64,000 nucleotides of DNA, from the NCBI RefSeq assembly GCF_009914755.1, contig NC_060928.1, one strand, 5' to 3'. The stretch is from the human T2T-CHM13v2.0 reference genome, Homo sapiens. Within the stretch, counting starts at the first letter, position 1. Each line of letters starts with the position of its first letter. The notes below the pieces were generated by a model, which saw nothing but the letters and a program-made list of their open reading frames with translations, was not told the DNA's origin and did no database searches. Shown here one piece after another: positions 19,439-35,085 of the stretch. The position numbers and the translations under genes are program-made.

Positions 19439-21299
19439 GCCTTACACTCCTGCATTGAGATGGCTACACACTCTGCTAACTTGGGAGTGATCTCCTAGAG
19501 GCAGGAACAGTGTCTTTTGTATTTTAATATCATTACTACCTAACAATAAATACTTGTTAATTGAATGTATGAACAAATATACTTGTGTATGTAAAGCCAC
19601 TGATCTCCAGTCCTCTGTACTGTTCAGCTTGGGACAAAAGTGTGTTCTTGTGGTCTCCTTTTGCTTGGGGGGGGCGGGTGGAGGGGAAAGGCTGGTAATT
19701 CCATTATGTTGGAAAGCTAAAGGGATATGACCATGTGGTCTTCTGCGTCTTCATACCAGTTCCTGTCAGAAGCCGTGGCCCAGCTCCTGTTGAAGCTGTT
19801 CTGCAGGCCTGTGTCCTATAACTTCTCTGCACAGCAAAGTTCTTCACTGTGTGGTTTCTATCAATCTAACTGTCTTTTATAATTCACAATGTTTTAGATT
19901 CCAGAAGCACTTTATTGGCTGTATATATCAGTGTTTTATCTGCTTAATTATATAATAATTACAAAGCTTTATCACTCTATAGATGTATTATATGTTGTAT
20001 TACAGCAAAGGAAAAATTGTAAATTCGGAGGCACAATACATGTGCAAGTGTAAAACCTGGGGCCTGTGCTTGTGTTACTTCATGTTTATTGTTAAACAGT
20101 TAAATTCTAAAGCCCACTCTGCTGACGTTGATAGAGTGTGTAAACTGATAATAACGAATAATAATGGCAAAAATCAATCGCTAGGCTTTAGGGCTTGCCC
20201 AACAATGGAAGCTCTTGATATTTTGAAATGAGGGTATGCAAGAATGAAGCAAATTCAAACCGATGTGTTTGCTTTCAGCACGAAGAATATGAATTAGAAA
20301 AATCTGGAGGTGGAGAAATGGCATTTGCTGCCTCTCTCTGAAGTTAATATTCATTCAGCAAGAAACCACTCCATTGTAAAGCAGATGTCTGGAGGAACTG
20401 AGAGATCCTCTGGTTTTCCAAGCATGGTGTGGACACATCGGCATTGTAAGATTCTTAGCTCTTCTGTTTTTCTTGTATTTTGTAGCTGTTTTGAAATACT
20501 TTATGAACAAAGAAAGTAAAAATAGAAATAGGTAGAATATAAGAGTAAAACATCCAATAATTATTGGCATCAAGGAATTGAAATATTTCCTAAAGTAGAA
20601 AAGCTAGAATGCTCTCTGGGGGTTTAATTTAAATTATAGTTTTAGTTTTTTTAAACCTGTAATCAGTATACCTAAAGCAGGTGTTTGTTTTGAAGATAAT
20701 AGTTTAAAAAGGCTTTTCTCTGTGCATCGTAATCAGGGTAATATTTGAGTCATTTTAATTTATTTTATATGGTGATTATTAGCACATTACATGAACGTGC
20801 TATACATTCATACAGAATGTATGACAGACCAGGTCTGTATTGTTCTTTTTATTATAGATTTAACTTTGATATAACAAGTTTTGAAGAAAGAAGAGGGTTG
20901 CCAATTACTTTTCTCATTGAAATTGAACATTTAAATTTCTAGTACTTAATACCATGAAAGCTGCATAATGGCAAAAAGCTTCATTATTCACCAGAAAGAA
21001 TCCGAGAGCAGAATAATACATCCCTTGAAAGGATAATTATTTCAACAGAATTAGTGCATATTTTGTCTCTAAACTGAGGATAGCGGTAGAACTTAACTCA
21101 TATGGCTGGAGTGCTAGATGGTACTTGGTATTAAATCAAATGGGGGTTATAAACTGCTTAGAGCAGTGCTAGGCACACAGTAATGGCTTGCTCACTTCAG
21201 ATGCCATTCTTCTGCACAAGCGTCCTCATCTTGCTCATGCAATACTCAGATACACACAATTACACCTCTGTAGCTCATCTGATCTTCTCTACGAACCCT

Positions 21300-21740
21300 T
21301 GAGTTCATTTTCCAGGGCTTCTGTAACAAAATACCACACGTGTGTGGCTTAAAACATCAGAAGTGTATTTTCTGACAGCACTGGAGGCCAGGAGTGCAAA
21401 AGTTAGTCATCAGCAGGGCCACGCCCACCTCCAAGACTCTGGGTAGAATCCTTCCTTTCTTCTTCCTAGCTCCTGGTAGTGAATGTTAATTGGGGGTGTT
21501 CCTTGACTCACAGCCGCATGACCCTAATCTTTCTGTCATCCCATAAACGTTCTCCCTGTGCGTCTCTGTCTTCTTACAAAGATACCAGTTAATTGGACGA
21601 AGGTCCATCCTACTCCAGAATGGCCTCATTTTAACTAATTATATCTGCAACAACCCTATTTCCAAATAAAGTCACATTCTTAGGTACCAGGGTTTAGGAT
21701 TTCAGCATATCTTCTTGGCAGACACAATTTAACCAGTAAG
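21300..21740 (-). mobile_element. MaLR solo LTR (MLT1B/C-like)
   Basis: tgtaacaaaataccac..ggcttaaaaca..ctggaggcca..accctatttccaaataaagtcacattct..gacacaattt. Confidence 0.8.
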
Positions 21741-21798
21741 AGCCCCCATCTGCTGACAAATTTTTTAAAGCATATATAAAAATATAAAGTACTTTTGG

Positions 21799-22015
21799 GG
21801 CCAGGCACAGTGGCTCATGACCGTAATCCCAGCACTTTGTGAATCTGAAGGGGAGGATTGCTTGAGCTCAGGAGTTGGAGACCAGCCTGGGCAACATAGT
21901 GAGACCCTGTCTTTACCAAAAGTTTTTAAAAATCGGCCAGGAATGGTGGCATGCACCTGTAGTCCCAGCTACTTGTGGGGCTGAGGTCAGTGTAAGCCTA
22001 GCAGGTTGAGGCTGA
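21799..22015 (+). mobile_element. AluJ-like, 3' truncated
   Basis: ggaggattgcttgagctcagga..gcctgggcaacatagtgagacc; right arm decays. Confidence 0.85.
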
Positions 22016-22136
22016 GAATCAAGTGGCCATCAACGGATGGTTTATTTCTGGACTCTGAGTTCCTTCCACTAACCTGTATGTCTATCCTTGGTTGGTGTGT
22101 GACACTGACCACTGGAATGGTGATTCTGGCTATTAG

Positions 22137-22508
<372 letters not shown>

Positions 22509-22543
22509 TGTTTGCTTTGCATCTTTTTTATAAGAAAACATGC

Positions 22544-22881
<338 letters not shown>

Positions 22882-23169
22882 TAACCAACTCTTTGTCCTT
22901 TGTTTCAACTTATAGAGATGAGCTGGGATCTAAGTAGATCTGCAGCCTCCCTCTTGTACTATCTTGGGAAATTGAGCTGAAAATCCAGAATGCCTTGTTT
23001 TTCCGTTCCTCACTGGATGTTTCTAAAGTTTTGACTGCCTTTCGAACAATGACATTTTCCTCCTGTTCTACTTTCTTCTTTTCCTCTCATCACTTTTCCT
23101 ACTCCACAACCTGCCATGCAGAGTGGAAAATATGGATGGAATATTTTTAATTTGTTTAGAGTGCTTATA

Positions 23170-23400
23170 TGATTTAGTGTTTAACAGCTTAGGTTCTATA
23201 GCTAGTCACCCTAGCATAGGAAACTGACTCTGATATTTTCTAGTTGTGTGTCTTGGAACAAATTATTTAACTTCTGTTTTCCAGTCTTTCATGGCAAACT
23301 AATATTAATGAATTCAGTGAAAATATAGGAGCAGTAAATGATTCTGTACATGTAAAGCGCTTGGAAGAGCCCTGGAAAATGGTAAGTACTCAGTCACCTC
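23170..23400 (+). mobile_element. MIR SINE
   Basis: tagttgtgtgtcttggaacaaattatttaacttct..catgtaaagcgctt..cctgg..gtaagtactca. Confidence 0.6.
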
Positions 23401-23784
23401 AGGCTGATACTAACTAGCATTTCTGAATGCAACTGAACTTCATAGCCTCGCCCGGGCTTTGGCTTTTTGTTGTCTTGACAGCAGATCTTCCTCCTGACTC
23501 CAAGGTATTCATTGTCCAGTTTTATTGGAAGACAGGGTAAGGGTAAGAGAGATGGAACAGCTAACTACAAAGGAAAACTAAATCAGGAGGTTATGTAATC
23601 AAGAATACAAAACTGTTCTCCACCGGGTCTGGTGGCACGTGGGAAAAGTACAAAGAACCAAGAAGAAGCCTTAGAGTCTAGAGCCACAGGAAAGGCTGTG
23701 CTGATATATTCAGAGGGAAATCAGTAAAGGGAAAGAGTGGGAAAGAGTCTACATTATCTTTAAGGCTCTTAGACTCTTTTTAAA

Positions 23785-24150
23785 GACGTGCACATGTAGT
23801 CAGTGATAGGCCACCTAAATAGTATGGTCCTATACGATTATACAGAGAGCTGCACATTTTCTATTACCTCATGGCATCATAGCTGTCATAATGACATATC
23901 ACAAAGCATTACCTTTTCTATGTTGAGATATGGTAATATGCACAAATATTTACCGCTGTGTTACAGTTAACCACAGTGTTGAGTACAGGTTTGTAGCCTA
24001 GAAGCAGTAGACTGTACCACGTAACCCAGGTGTCCAGAGGCTGTACCATCTAGGTTTGTGTACACTCTGTGATGTTCACACAAGGACAAAAATTGCCTAA
24101 TGATGCATTTCTTGGAATTTGTCCCCATCATTAAGCAATGCATGAGTGTA
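23785..24150 (+). mobile_element. Tigger3-family DNA transposon
   Basis: caggtttgtagccta..taccatctaggtttgtgtacactct..ttgcctaatgatgcatttc..ttaagcaatgcatgagtgta terminus. Confidence 0.8.
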
Positions 24151-25471
24151 TATGGTGTTGAATTTTTTAACTTCTTGAAGTTTGCAGTTAAGCACAATTT
24201 ATAAAATAAGAACTTTTCGACTCAGATGAATTATCTATGCAACATAAGCAGCAAATAGTTAAGGTTTCATAAATAGCAAACTCAACTGTCGATATTTTAA
24301 ATGTTATATATGTTTGTTTTTGTCTCCATTCAGATCCAATTTTTGGAACTGAGGAAGACTCATTAAAGTTGGAAAAAGTTCTAAATGATTTGTCAAATAT
24401 ATTAACATGAACTGTGGTGAATAAGAAGAATTATATCTTTATTTGTTGTACAAAGGGCCTTAGAATAGATCAGTAGAGGCAGTTATCAGGAATTGGAGTC
24501 ACATCTGAGTTTCTCTTCTGAGGAACTTGCTTTTTAGGAGGGCTTGTCCTAAAGCCCTCATTTAGCCACATTCTGTGATTTTTTATTTGAATTCCAAGAG
24601 TACTTGTGTAATCAGATGCCTGTGTGACAGTAAGAACTCTGGGTTTTCATTAGTAGTATCAGGACTTTCTTTCAGAAACAATGGTACTTGGAGTTAGCAA
24701 AGTAAAGACTGAAGCCTATCTACTCTTCATTTACGTACGGTACTCCCCCATCCTCATGCTTTCACTGTGGTCTCAAGACACAAGCAATGTGACATCTTAA
24801 CTTACATAAAAGGATGGTAGGGAGCATTGTTGGAATAAATGGAAAGTGAGTAGCCGCTGCAAATGACTGTGACTTTAAGTTGGTGACTCTTCAGAACAGA
24901 GGTCTCCTTTTATCTTCTTTTTATATTACTTGGTATTTTGTGCAGCTACTTAGCACCTGTCCATGAGGACTGAAAACTCTTGGCTTAACATTGAAGACCA
25001 GATTTATGCATGACCCATATCTCTACTTGGGGAAAGCTGGAAAGTGTCTGAAGATTGTTACTGGGAGGCTCTGTTCGATAGATAAAAAAATTCAAGCTGC
25101 ATATTGAAGAGCTGGGGAGAGGAAAATAAAAACAAAACAAAAAAATACCCTAAAAGATACAAAATATTAAAAAAGGAATAGAAAGGAAAAGAAAAATGCA
25201 GGCTGCAATCAGCCTGGGACATTCCCTTGTTCAGGAGAGTAATGGTCATTATCAGTATCAACCGCAGTAGCTATGGCTCTCAATACCTCACTTAACTGGG
25301 AAGTTTAATCCAAATGTTTGCAACCCCTTTATTAAGCCAACTTAGAAGCATCCTCTTGAACTGGAAAGGATTGCCAAAGAATATTGTAATTTTTTGATTG
25401 AAGGAAAGTTTGTATACAATTATTTCCTTATATTGATCTCAAGGCACATACTAGATGGTATGGATATGTCA

Positions 25472-25816
<345 letters not shown>

Positions 25817-26610
25817 TCAGGTAGAAGGCAAACTTTATTTAGTGTCAGACAAATGAGCTACATTACTTTTTCCCTTGATTATTCTGTGTGCAAAGATGTA
25901 GGGAGAAGTTATTTTTATCTAGTTCAATCTCAAGTCACAATGTAACGCACTTTGTCTCACAGCTATGTGCTATTTATTCTGTGTATTAAATTCTTGTAAA
26001 CCACGACGTGACTCCTAAACTAAGCAAAATGCAGCATGAAATCTCTAGTGCCTTTCTCATTTCTACGACTACAAGATTCCAACTCTTCACATTTTTCTGT
26101 TGGGAAATATTCATAGTATTCATATTTAGCTATTTGTATAAAAAATAGCACAGCCTCTCTTGAGAGTTTCAATCAATATTTTTTAGCTATAAGTTTCCAA
26201 GAATGAAATCCTTTACTTAACAGAAAATGTTTTCAGGATATTATACCAAGTTACGTGAACATAAATTTCATGGCTAAGTCCTGGTGGTACAAGGGACCTC
26301 AGACAGTATCCAACTCAATTCCCTCCTGGTTTAGGGAAAGAAACTAGACCACAATAAAATAACTGCATTTCCTTAGGTCACATTGCCAGCTGAAAAGCTA
26401 GGGCATTTAAAATGAAAATCTAGAGTGGTACTTTTTGGGATTATTTATTATTTCTATGTTTAATAATTTCCTGCCTCATTTTTGCCTTTCTCTACCCAAG
26501 CATTTTATAAACAAGAACATATGCAATAAAATATTAAATTATAAATGAGTAAAAACAAAAATATAAATAGAAAGTCAAAACCAAGAAAAAAGAAGAATAT
26601 AAAATGCATG

Positions 26611-26700
26611 CTGAGGTCAAGAGTTTGAGACCAGCCTGACCAACATGGTGAAACCCATCTTCACAAAAAAAAAAAGAAAAAAAAAAGAAAAAAAGAAAAC
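26611..26700 (+). mobile_element. Alu left-arm fragment
   Basis: ctgaggtcaagagtttgagaccagcctgaccaacatggtgaaaccc followed by A-rich run. Confidence 0.8.
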
Positions 26701-26704
26701 AAAA

Positions 26705-27086
<382 letters not shown>

Positions 27087-27677
27087 TCACCCTCGCTTCT
27101 CTCCCTGCGACCGCTCCCCTGACTGCTGCCTCCAGGGGTGAGTTTGGGCTGTTTCAGAACTTTATGTGTATGGAATACAGAAGGATGCTTCCTCTTTAGC
27201 TGGGCTGCTGTTGCTCAATAGTGTGCTTTTGGGGATCATGTGCAGCAGTGGTTCGTTTTCGTTTCTGAATAATATTTCTATTGCATGGGGCATCTAAGAA
27301 TCTATCGGCAGTATTGATGATGAATAGAGAGCTTTCCTCCAGTTTCTTTTACTGTTATGCCTAATACTAGTATGGATAACTTTTGTGCATTTCTTTGGGT
27401 TCCCATTAGCACACAACTCAGTTGAGCATATCCCTAGGACTAGAACTGGTGAACCACAGGAAATGTATATTTTACTTTGGTAAACAATGCCAACATTTTC
27501 CAACATATAATTAGCCCTCCTGCAGCAGTGTAGGAGATTTAGTTCTACCACATGCTAGGCAGCACTTGGTATGACTTTCTTTTAAATTAGATATTCTGGT
27601 AATGGTATTACATTGTGGCATTGGTTGACATTTTACTGATCCCTAATTAAGTTGAGACTCTTCATATGTTTGCCGGA

Positions 27678-27775
27678 AGGCTGCCCAAGAGAGTTCCGTT
27701 GACATCAGTTGTCATGGTAAAATAATCAACCGCTCCTCTTTCCACGTCCTAAAGTGTCCCTGATTGGCCATTTCG
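27678..27775 (-). mobile_element. MER94-like hAT MITE fragment
   Basis: gttgtc..taaaataatcaaccgctcctctttc..aaagtgtccc resembles recalled MER94. Confidence 0.45.
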
Positions 27776-28573
27776 GTCTTCTCTTTGGGGTCTAGCCAGG
27801 TTTATGTCTTTCGTTTATTTTTATATAAGGTTGTTTGCATTTTTCTTATTGATTTGTGGGAATTTCTTGTATATTCTGATAATGAACTTTCAGTTATATT
27901 GATGACATATATCTTCTCCTACTTTGCAGCAGGATCTTGATAAACAGAAGGTTTTAATTCAATTCTAATTCTCAGTAGTGATTTTTGGGTCCTGTTTTTG
28001 TCCACTTTATGGACACATGATATTTTTCTATTTTCTTCTCCCTTCAAATTGAGGTCTTTTATTCTTCTGCTTATGGCTAACGTAGAAGTCAATATTAACT
28101 TTTTTCACATAGATTTCCAATTTATGTTCACTTATTAAAACACTGCTTTTCCCCACAATACCATCTTTGCTATACATTGAATATCTATACCTGTTTTTTG
28201 TGTGTGTGTGTGTGTGTTTTTTTATTTTTTGAACTCTCTCTTCTGTTCCTGTGGTCTATTTATTACTCTTTCACCAATAACCCACTGATTTGAATAGTTC
28301 AACTTTAAAATAAGGTCTGATTGTCAGTTTTGTAAGCCCTCCAACTTTGTTATTCAAGATTTTCTTAGCCATTCTTGGCCTACTGCATTGGGCATTTATA
28401 TTTTAGAATCAGTTTATCCAGGTGCACAAAAAAGGTGGAGCTTCTCATTGGCGTTGTGGTGAAATTTGTAAATCACATTGGGAACATTGATATTTTGCAG
28501 TACTGGGTCTCCCAGCCTAGAAACAATGTATATCTTTGCATTGATTTTGGTCTTCTTTAATATCTCTCAATAA

Positions 28574-28932
<359 letters not shown>

Positions 28933-28959
28933 TGTTTTATACCTTTTTTTAAAGCCCAT

Positions 28960-29280
28960 CATAGACTGCATGTATGACAGCAGTCCCATAAGATTTTAAA
29001 ATACTGTATTTTTGCTGTACCTTTTCTATGTTTAGATTCTTTTAGATACACAGATACTGACCATTGCGTTACGAGTGCTTACAGCGTTCAGTGCAGTAAC
29101 CTGCTGCACAGGTGGGTGTGTAGCCTAGGAGCAATAGGCTGCACCACACAGCCGAGGTCTGAGGTGTGTAGTGGGCTACACCATCTAGGTGTGTGTAAGT
29201 GCACTCTATGTTTGCACAATGACGAAACTGTCTAATAGTGCATTGCTAAGAACGCATCTTCATGGTGAAGTGGCACAAAA
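28960..29280 (+). mobile_element. Tigger3a/MER7-type DNA transposon
   Basis: gtcccataagatt..tgtaccttttctatgtttagat..tagcctaggagcaataggct..ccatctagg. Confidence 0.85.
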
Positions 29281-31199
29281 GTAGCACTGATATTTTCAAT
29301 GCTATTTTTAATGAAATTTAAGAAGATAATTTTCTAATTGTTAATTGCTGGTATACAGCAGTCACTTGGTTGTGTGTATTGACATATCCAGCAACTTCTC
29401 CAAAATCACTTATTAATTACATGTTCATCTGCAGAGCCTTTTGATTTTCTATGTGTATAATCAGTCAGAGTTAAGCATGCCAATACCAGGAGCTTGAAGG
29501 GTGGATATTGGACCGGAAGGGTCTAAAGACGAGCCGCCTGCTGCTGGATAGTGCACGGTTCAGGAAGTTTGCCTGCTCTCACTGCTGAGGAAGTCCACAG
29601 CCCTGGCGTGGAGGGTAGGATAGTCCTATGCACCTATGATGTGATGGGATTCATCACCCTGAAGGGAGCCCGCAAGTGCTCAGCGCTGAATTCCTTTATG
29701 ACACACAGACCTGTATTTTCTGTTTGAGTCATTACAGAAAAATATTATTTCAGTGGAAAGCTTGAGATTAAGCAACTTCTTCTGTTGTTTATTTTAAGTA
29801 AATGGAACTTGACAGAATGTTTTATTACAGAGGCCCAGTAACTACCAGACTAGTGAATAAATTTCGTGACGATCACCGTAGGAAAGTCTAGAGTCTTTGA
29901 ATGAAAAATTGTCATTTTTACAATGAGAAGCAAGAATTTTGAAACATTAAGTCACAATTTTCCAGTCTATAATCATCGATCAACTGCCTAATTAATAAAT
30001 AACCTTTTAAATGGTTTGGACTTCATTTTGGTTAGAATCACTTAGGCAAATGGCAAATATTAATGTGAAATTAGAGCTCGCAAGTAAGTAGTTATGAATA
30101 ATTTGATAGATTATAACAGCCCTTTTGTAATATTTTAAATCACTCTTATTGCAGTTAGCAGACAATAATTGTCAGAGTATTTGCATATTACTTTAGTTAA
30201 CACATGGGCTGTTTTAAAATGAAGTATTTTTGCTCTTATCCTTCCACTGGAATTAATGGGTGATGTCATGTATTTGCTTTGCTTCTTACCATTGTATTGA
30301 TTTTATCACCTGATTGTATACTGTACAACATAAAATTATTATTATTTTTGCCATCAATAAGAAATTTACTTGTTTTAAAAAAATCCAAATGCTTTTTAAA
30401 ACTAGTGTAGGGGAAGAAAATATACCTAATGATGCCTGCTCACTTGGAACCTGCTTTTTAGAAAGCAGCACGTAGGGTTGAGATAAGCTGCTGTGACTAG
30501 AATTTGTAATCTTACTCAGCTGGTATTCAAAGACAGTAAATGTGAAGGGGCTACTGAAAGCAATGAACTTAATAACCACATACCAGAGAGGACATTAGCT
30601 GTGATATTACAGATGAATGCAGGCTGCTATGTAACTTTGTGTCTTTGCTTTTTAAAGTGATAAATGGAAGCCCTGCGAAAATCCGTGAGGTGAGCATAAG
30701 ATAGCCGCTGACTCTAGAATGAACAGTATTAACCCCACTGGTTTGGCGCATGATGAAATGAAGGACAGATCCATTGTGTTTTCAGTAAAGGACAGGATGG
30801 TATGTAAATTCAGTGTCAGATCTTGATATTTAACTCAACAGCTAAAATATTTCCACAACAACTTCAGCTCTCAGAAAAAAAATGTAATCCTAATATTTCC
30901 TTCAATTAATCTAAATTCTTCTTTAAGACAAATATAATTTAAACTTGCCATAAAAATGATGGGTACTTGTGGGAACATTCAATCACTCCTATTTTAAAAT
31001 TTTGTAATTTTTTGTGTCTTATTATTTATAATCACTTTAAAATAACTATAATTATTTTTCTCAAGGTTTGACACATTATAGCTATTTTTAACATCATTCA
31101 ATCTTTACTGTCAGGTAATTTTTGTAAAATTGAATAATATACAACATATGAGCTCAAGATATTGATTAGAAAACTAAATTATTATAATTATGGTTACTC

Positions 31200-32690
31200 G
31201 ATTTGCAATGAGATGTTAAATTTCTTCTTTGGTATTTAGTGAGACTTCAAAGATTCTGTGTTCTGTATATGGTATATTATAGCTCACGTGTCTTAATTTT
31301 ATTGATAGGTTTCAATACCTCTGTTTTTTTTGCCTGCTTGATATACCACTTTCTGAAAAGGGTATTTTGTAATCTCCAACTACAATTGTTGATGTCATGA
31401 TTTCTCCCTACAATTTAATTGTTGCTTGATACACTGTAATCCTATAGTTAGTTACATATGTGTTTGTTTGTGGTAGGCATGGTGGAGAATCAGTTCTATT
31501 ATTCCCTGAAATATTTTATACATATTTAACATTCTTTTTTCCAGCATGACATTTTTACTGTAAAATCTTTGTCAGATACTGAGATTTCTACTCCTGCCTT
31601 CTTTTGGTTCATATTACCTTAGTCTCTCTTTTTCCATCCTTTGAGCCTCAGTTATCCTGTTTTTGATATCTACCTCTTCCTTTTCCTGAATCAGAAAATA
31701 CTTTAACATATATTTATGTCCTATGGTCTACTGGTCCACACCCCCACCACAGCTATATCATATTGATAATGTCTTCATTTTAGTTTTGGATTAACTTGAA
31801 TACATTTTCTTTTATTTTGTCCTGGCTTTATTTTTTTTTTAGACAACAATTTAAAAAATAACTTCTACTTTCCATATTACTGGGTATAACCTCTACTTTC
31901 TATATCACTTATAACATACTTGAATATTGTCTTCAATTTCTTGAGGATACTCTTAAGTACATATCTGTCCATTGCAAACATTTTAAAAACTGTATGCCTG
32001 AGAATATTTTTATTACAGTCTTACAAGTAATGGACTAAATAGCTGGGTAGAAAATTCTAGCTAAAATGATTCTCCTTCAAAATGGTAAAAATGGGTTTCC
32101 ATTATCTGTTTGCATTCAATGTGTTGGTTTGCTCATTTGTAGATGATCTTTTCTATTTAAAAGTTTTTTGAAGTTTGTTCTTGTATACAATATTTTCAAA
32201 TTTTCCTAGAATTTATCTGAGTGTGCTTTTTTTTTTCCTTTCAGTTGTTTGGTCCTCTGTGAGCTCTTTTACTTAAGATCATTCATCTTTCTTGAATTCT
32301 GAGAAATTCATTTCCATTATTTCTTATATACTTCCTCAGCTTCATTTTTATTTCTCTACTCTTGAGACTCATAATTTCGATGCTGGCACATTTATTTCTA
32401 GCCTGTATTTCTCTTAGATTTTCTGTTCTATCTCCTCTGTGTCCTTTATTGCTGCCCTCTGGAAGGTTTCACCACTTATCTTACGTCTATCCTACTATTT
32501 ATATGAACCATTTCTTCTTCATTTCAACTGTGACATTGTTCATACTTACATTTTTACCTAGTTCAGGTTTAGAGATGCTTTGCTCCTGTTTGATACCGTT
32601 ATTGTCCTCCCTATCTCATAAGCATATTTACCATGCTTAGCTGAGCTCCTTGATCTGTGTGTTCTTGTAATTATGTTTCTGATGCATAGA
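31200..32690 (-). mobile_element. Old L1ME-like fragments
   Basis: T-rich antisense L1-like text (gctgggtagaaaattctag, ttctgagaaattc..tccattatttctt). Confidence 0.5.
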
Positions 32691-32712
32691 TTGTCTCAAG
32701 GATCAGTTTTGA

Positions 32713-33025
<313 letters not shown>

Positions 33026-33029
33026 TGAA

Positions 33030-33935
33030 CTTCTCTTTCTATCTATACTCTTTCTCTGGTGATCTCATCCTGCTTCATGGCTTTAAATATTATTGCTATG
33101 GCATGATTCCCACATGTTTACCCCCAGTTGGAACCTCTCACTGAGTTCCAGACTCAGATATCCCACTGCCTATTTCTTATCTCTGCTGTCTGTATAACAG
33201 GCCTCTTCAACCTCAATGTGCCAGACTGACATCCAAGCATTCTGCACATGTGCCAGCTGACCTGTCGTCTTCTCCATTTCAGTGAAGACATTTCATTCTT
33301 CCAGTTATTCAGACCAAACGTCTTTCTACCTTCCACATTCTTGATTCCTTTCTTTCGTACATATTCTGCATCCAGTTTACCAGAAAGCTGTTGGCTTTAC
33401 ACTCACAGTATATCCAGGATGTGACCACATTATACCACTCCACTGCCTTATCTCTGACCCCGACCACCACGTTTTGCCTGCGTTGGCCCCGTAGCCGGTC
33501 TTCTTAGTGTACTTTTGCCTCTTTCTACTCAACACAGCAGACAGAGGAGAGTCTGTTAGCAGGCAGGCCAGATCATGTCAGCCTTTTGCTCCAAACAGTC
33601 TAACAGCTGTGTCTCACTCACAGTGATTGTCAAAGCCTCGCTGTGACCTATGGGGCTCTACCTGATGCCCATCCCCCTTCACCTCTGACTCAACCCTCTG
33701 ACTTCAGCCTCTACCTCTCTCTTTTACTCACCCTGTTTTGCCCACATTGATCTTATTCTTCCTCAATATGCCAGACTTCTTTCAGGACTTCTGTCAAAAG
33801 TCATCTTTCTTCCCTCACCCCCATCTAAAATTTCACCAACATTGTTGACCATTTTATAGCTCCCCTCCCTAATTCACTTTTCTTTCTTAGCATCCATCAC
33901 AACCTAATATTATATATACCTGTTTATCCTATGTA
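33030..33935 (+). mobile_element. L2 LINE 3' region
   Basis: ggtgatctcatcc..catggctttaaata, ctgagttccagact..cactgccta, caacacagcag..cagatcatgtc..tgctccaaac. Confidence 0.75.
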
Positions 33936-33944
33936 TCAATTAAG

Positions 33945-34850
33945 GTACATTTACATACAGTAAAATTCTCCCTTTTTCGTATACAGTTTTGTGTGTTTTC
34001 ACAGATGTATACAGAAGTCGAAACACCATCACAATAATGATATAAACAGTCTCATTGTCATAACACACTGCCAGACTCTTTCTGAAACTGGCTGTACCAT
34101 TTTGCATTTTTATACAAAACGTGTGAGTTTCAGGTGCTCACCGCTGACAGCTGCAATTGGCATTATGAGGGTTTTCTTTTTTTTTGGCCATTCTAATTGG
34201 TATTTAGTAGTATCCCATGGTTTTAATTTGCATTTCTGTAATCATTAATGATACTGAGCATTATTTCATGAGCTCGTTTGCCATTTTGATGTTTTTCTTG
34301 ATAAAGAATCTGTTTGAATATTGTGCCCATTTTCTTACTTAGGGTTTTTCTTATTAAATTTGAGAGTTCTTTATATGCTCTGGATGTAAATTCTTTATCA
34401 GCGAAATGATTTGCAAATGTTAGTTTTCAGTCTATAGATTGTATTTTTACTCTTTTTGTTTTTTTTTTTTTTTGAGACGGAGTCTCACTGTGTCGCCCAG
34501 GCTGGAGTGCCGTGGCGCGATCTTGGCTCACTGCCAGCTCCGCCTCCCGGGTTCACGCCATTCTCCTGCCTCAGCCCCGAGTAGCTGGGACTACAGGCGC
34601 CCGCCACCACGCCCGGCTAATTTTTTGTATTTTTAGTAGAGACGGGGTTTCACCTTGTTAGCCAGGATGGTCTCGATCTCCTGACCTCGTGATCCGCCCG
34701 CCTCGGCCTCCCAAAGTGCTGGGATTACAGGCGTGAGCCACCATGTCTGGCCTGTATTTTTACTCTTAAAAGTAATTTTCAAAGAACGGAGATTTTTACC
34801 TTTGATGAAGTTTAATTATCACCTTTTTCTTTTATGGATTTAATCAAAGT
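33945..34850 (-). mobile_element. L1MB/MC fragment (interrupted by AluY)
   Basis: ggctgtaccattttgcatt, gttttaatttgcatttc, gagttctttatatgctctggat, tttgatgaagtttaatt. Confidence 0.7.
34452..34752 (-). mobile_element. Young AluY
   Basis: CpGs largely intact, AluY diagnostics (gctccgcctcccgggttcacgccattctcc), tgtatttttactctt TSD. Confidence 0.95.
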
Positions 34851-34879
34851 TCAACCACAAATGTAAACACAGTAGAAAA

Positions 34880-35085
34880 TCTATCTATCTATTGTCTATC
34901 TATCTATGTATCTATCATCTATCTTTCTATCTAGATCATCTATTCTCGACAGCAAGAGAGAAAGAGATTTATTACAAGAAATTGGCTTACATAACTGTGG
35001 AGGCTGGCTAAGCTAGTTCAATATACGTAGGGCAGACAGTCATGAAGATGAAGCCCCTCGACAAGTTGAACCGTGGGCACGGGCG
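34880..35085. repeat. (TCTA)n-like tract followed by MLT2-like LTR fragment
   Basis: ctatctatct.. then gagatttattacaagaaattggcttacat..tggaggctgg. Confidence 0.55.
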
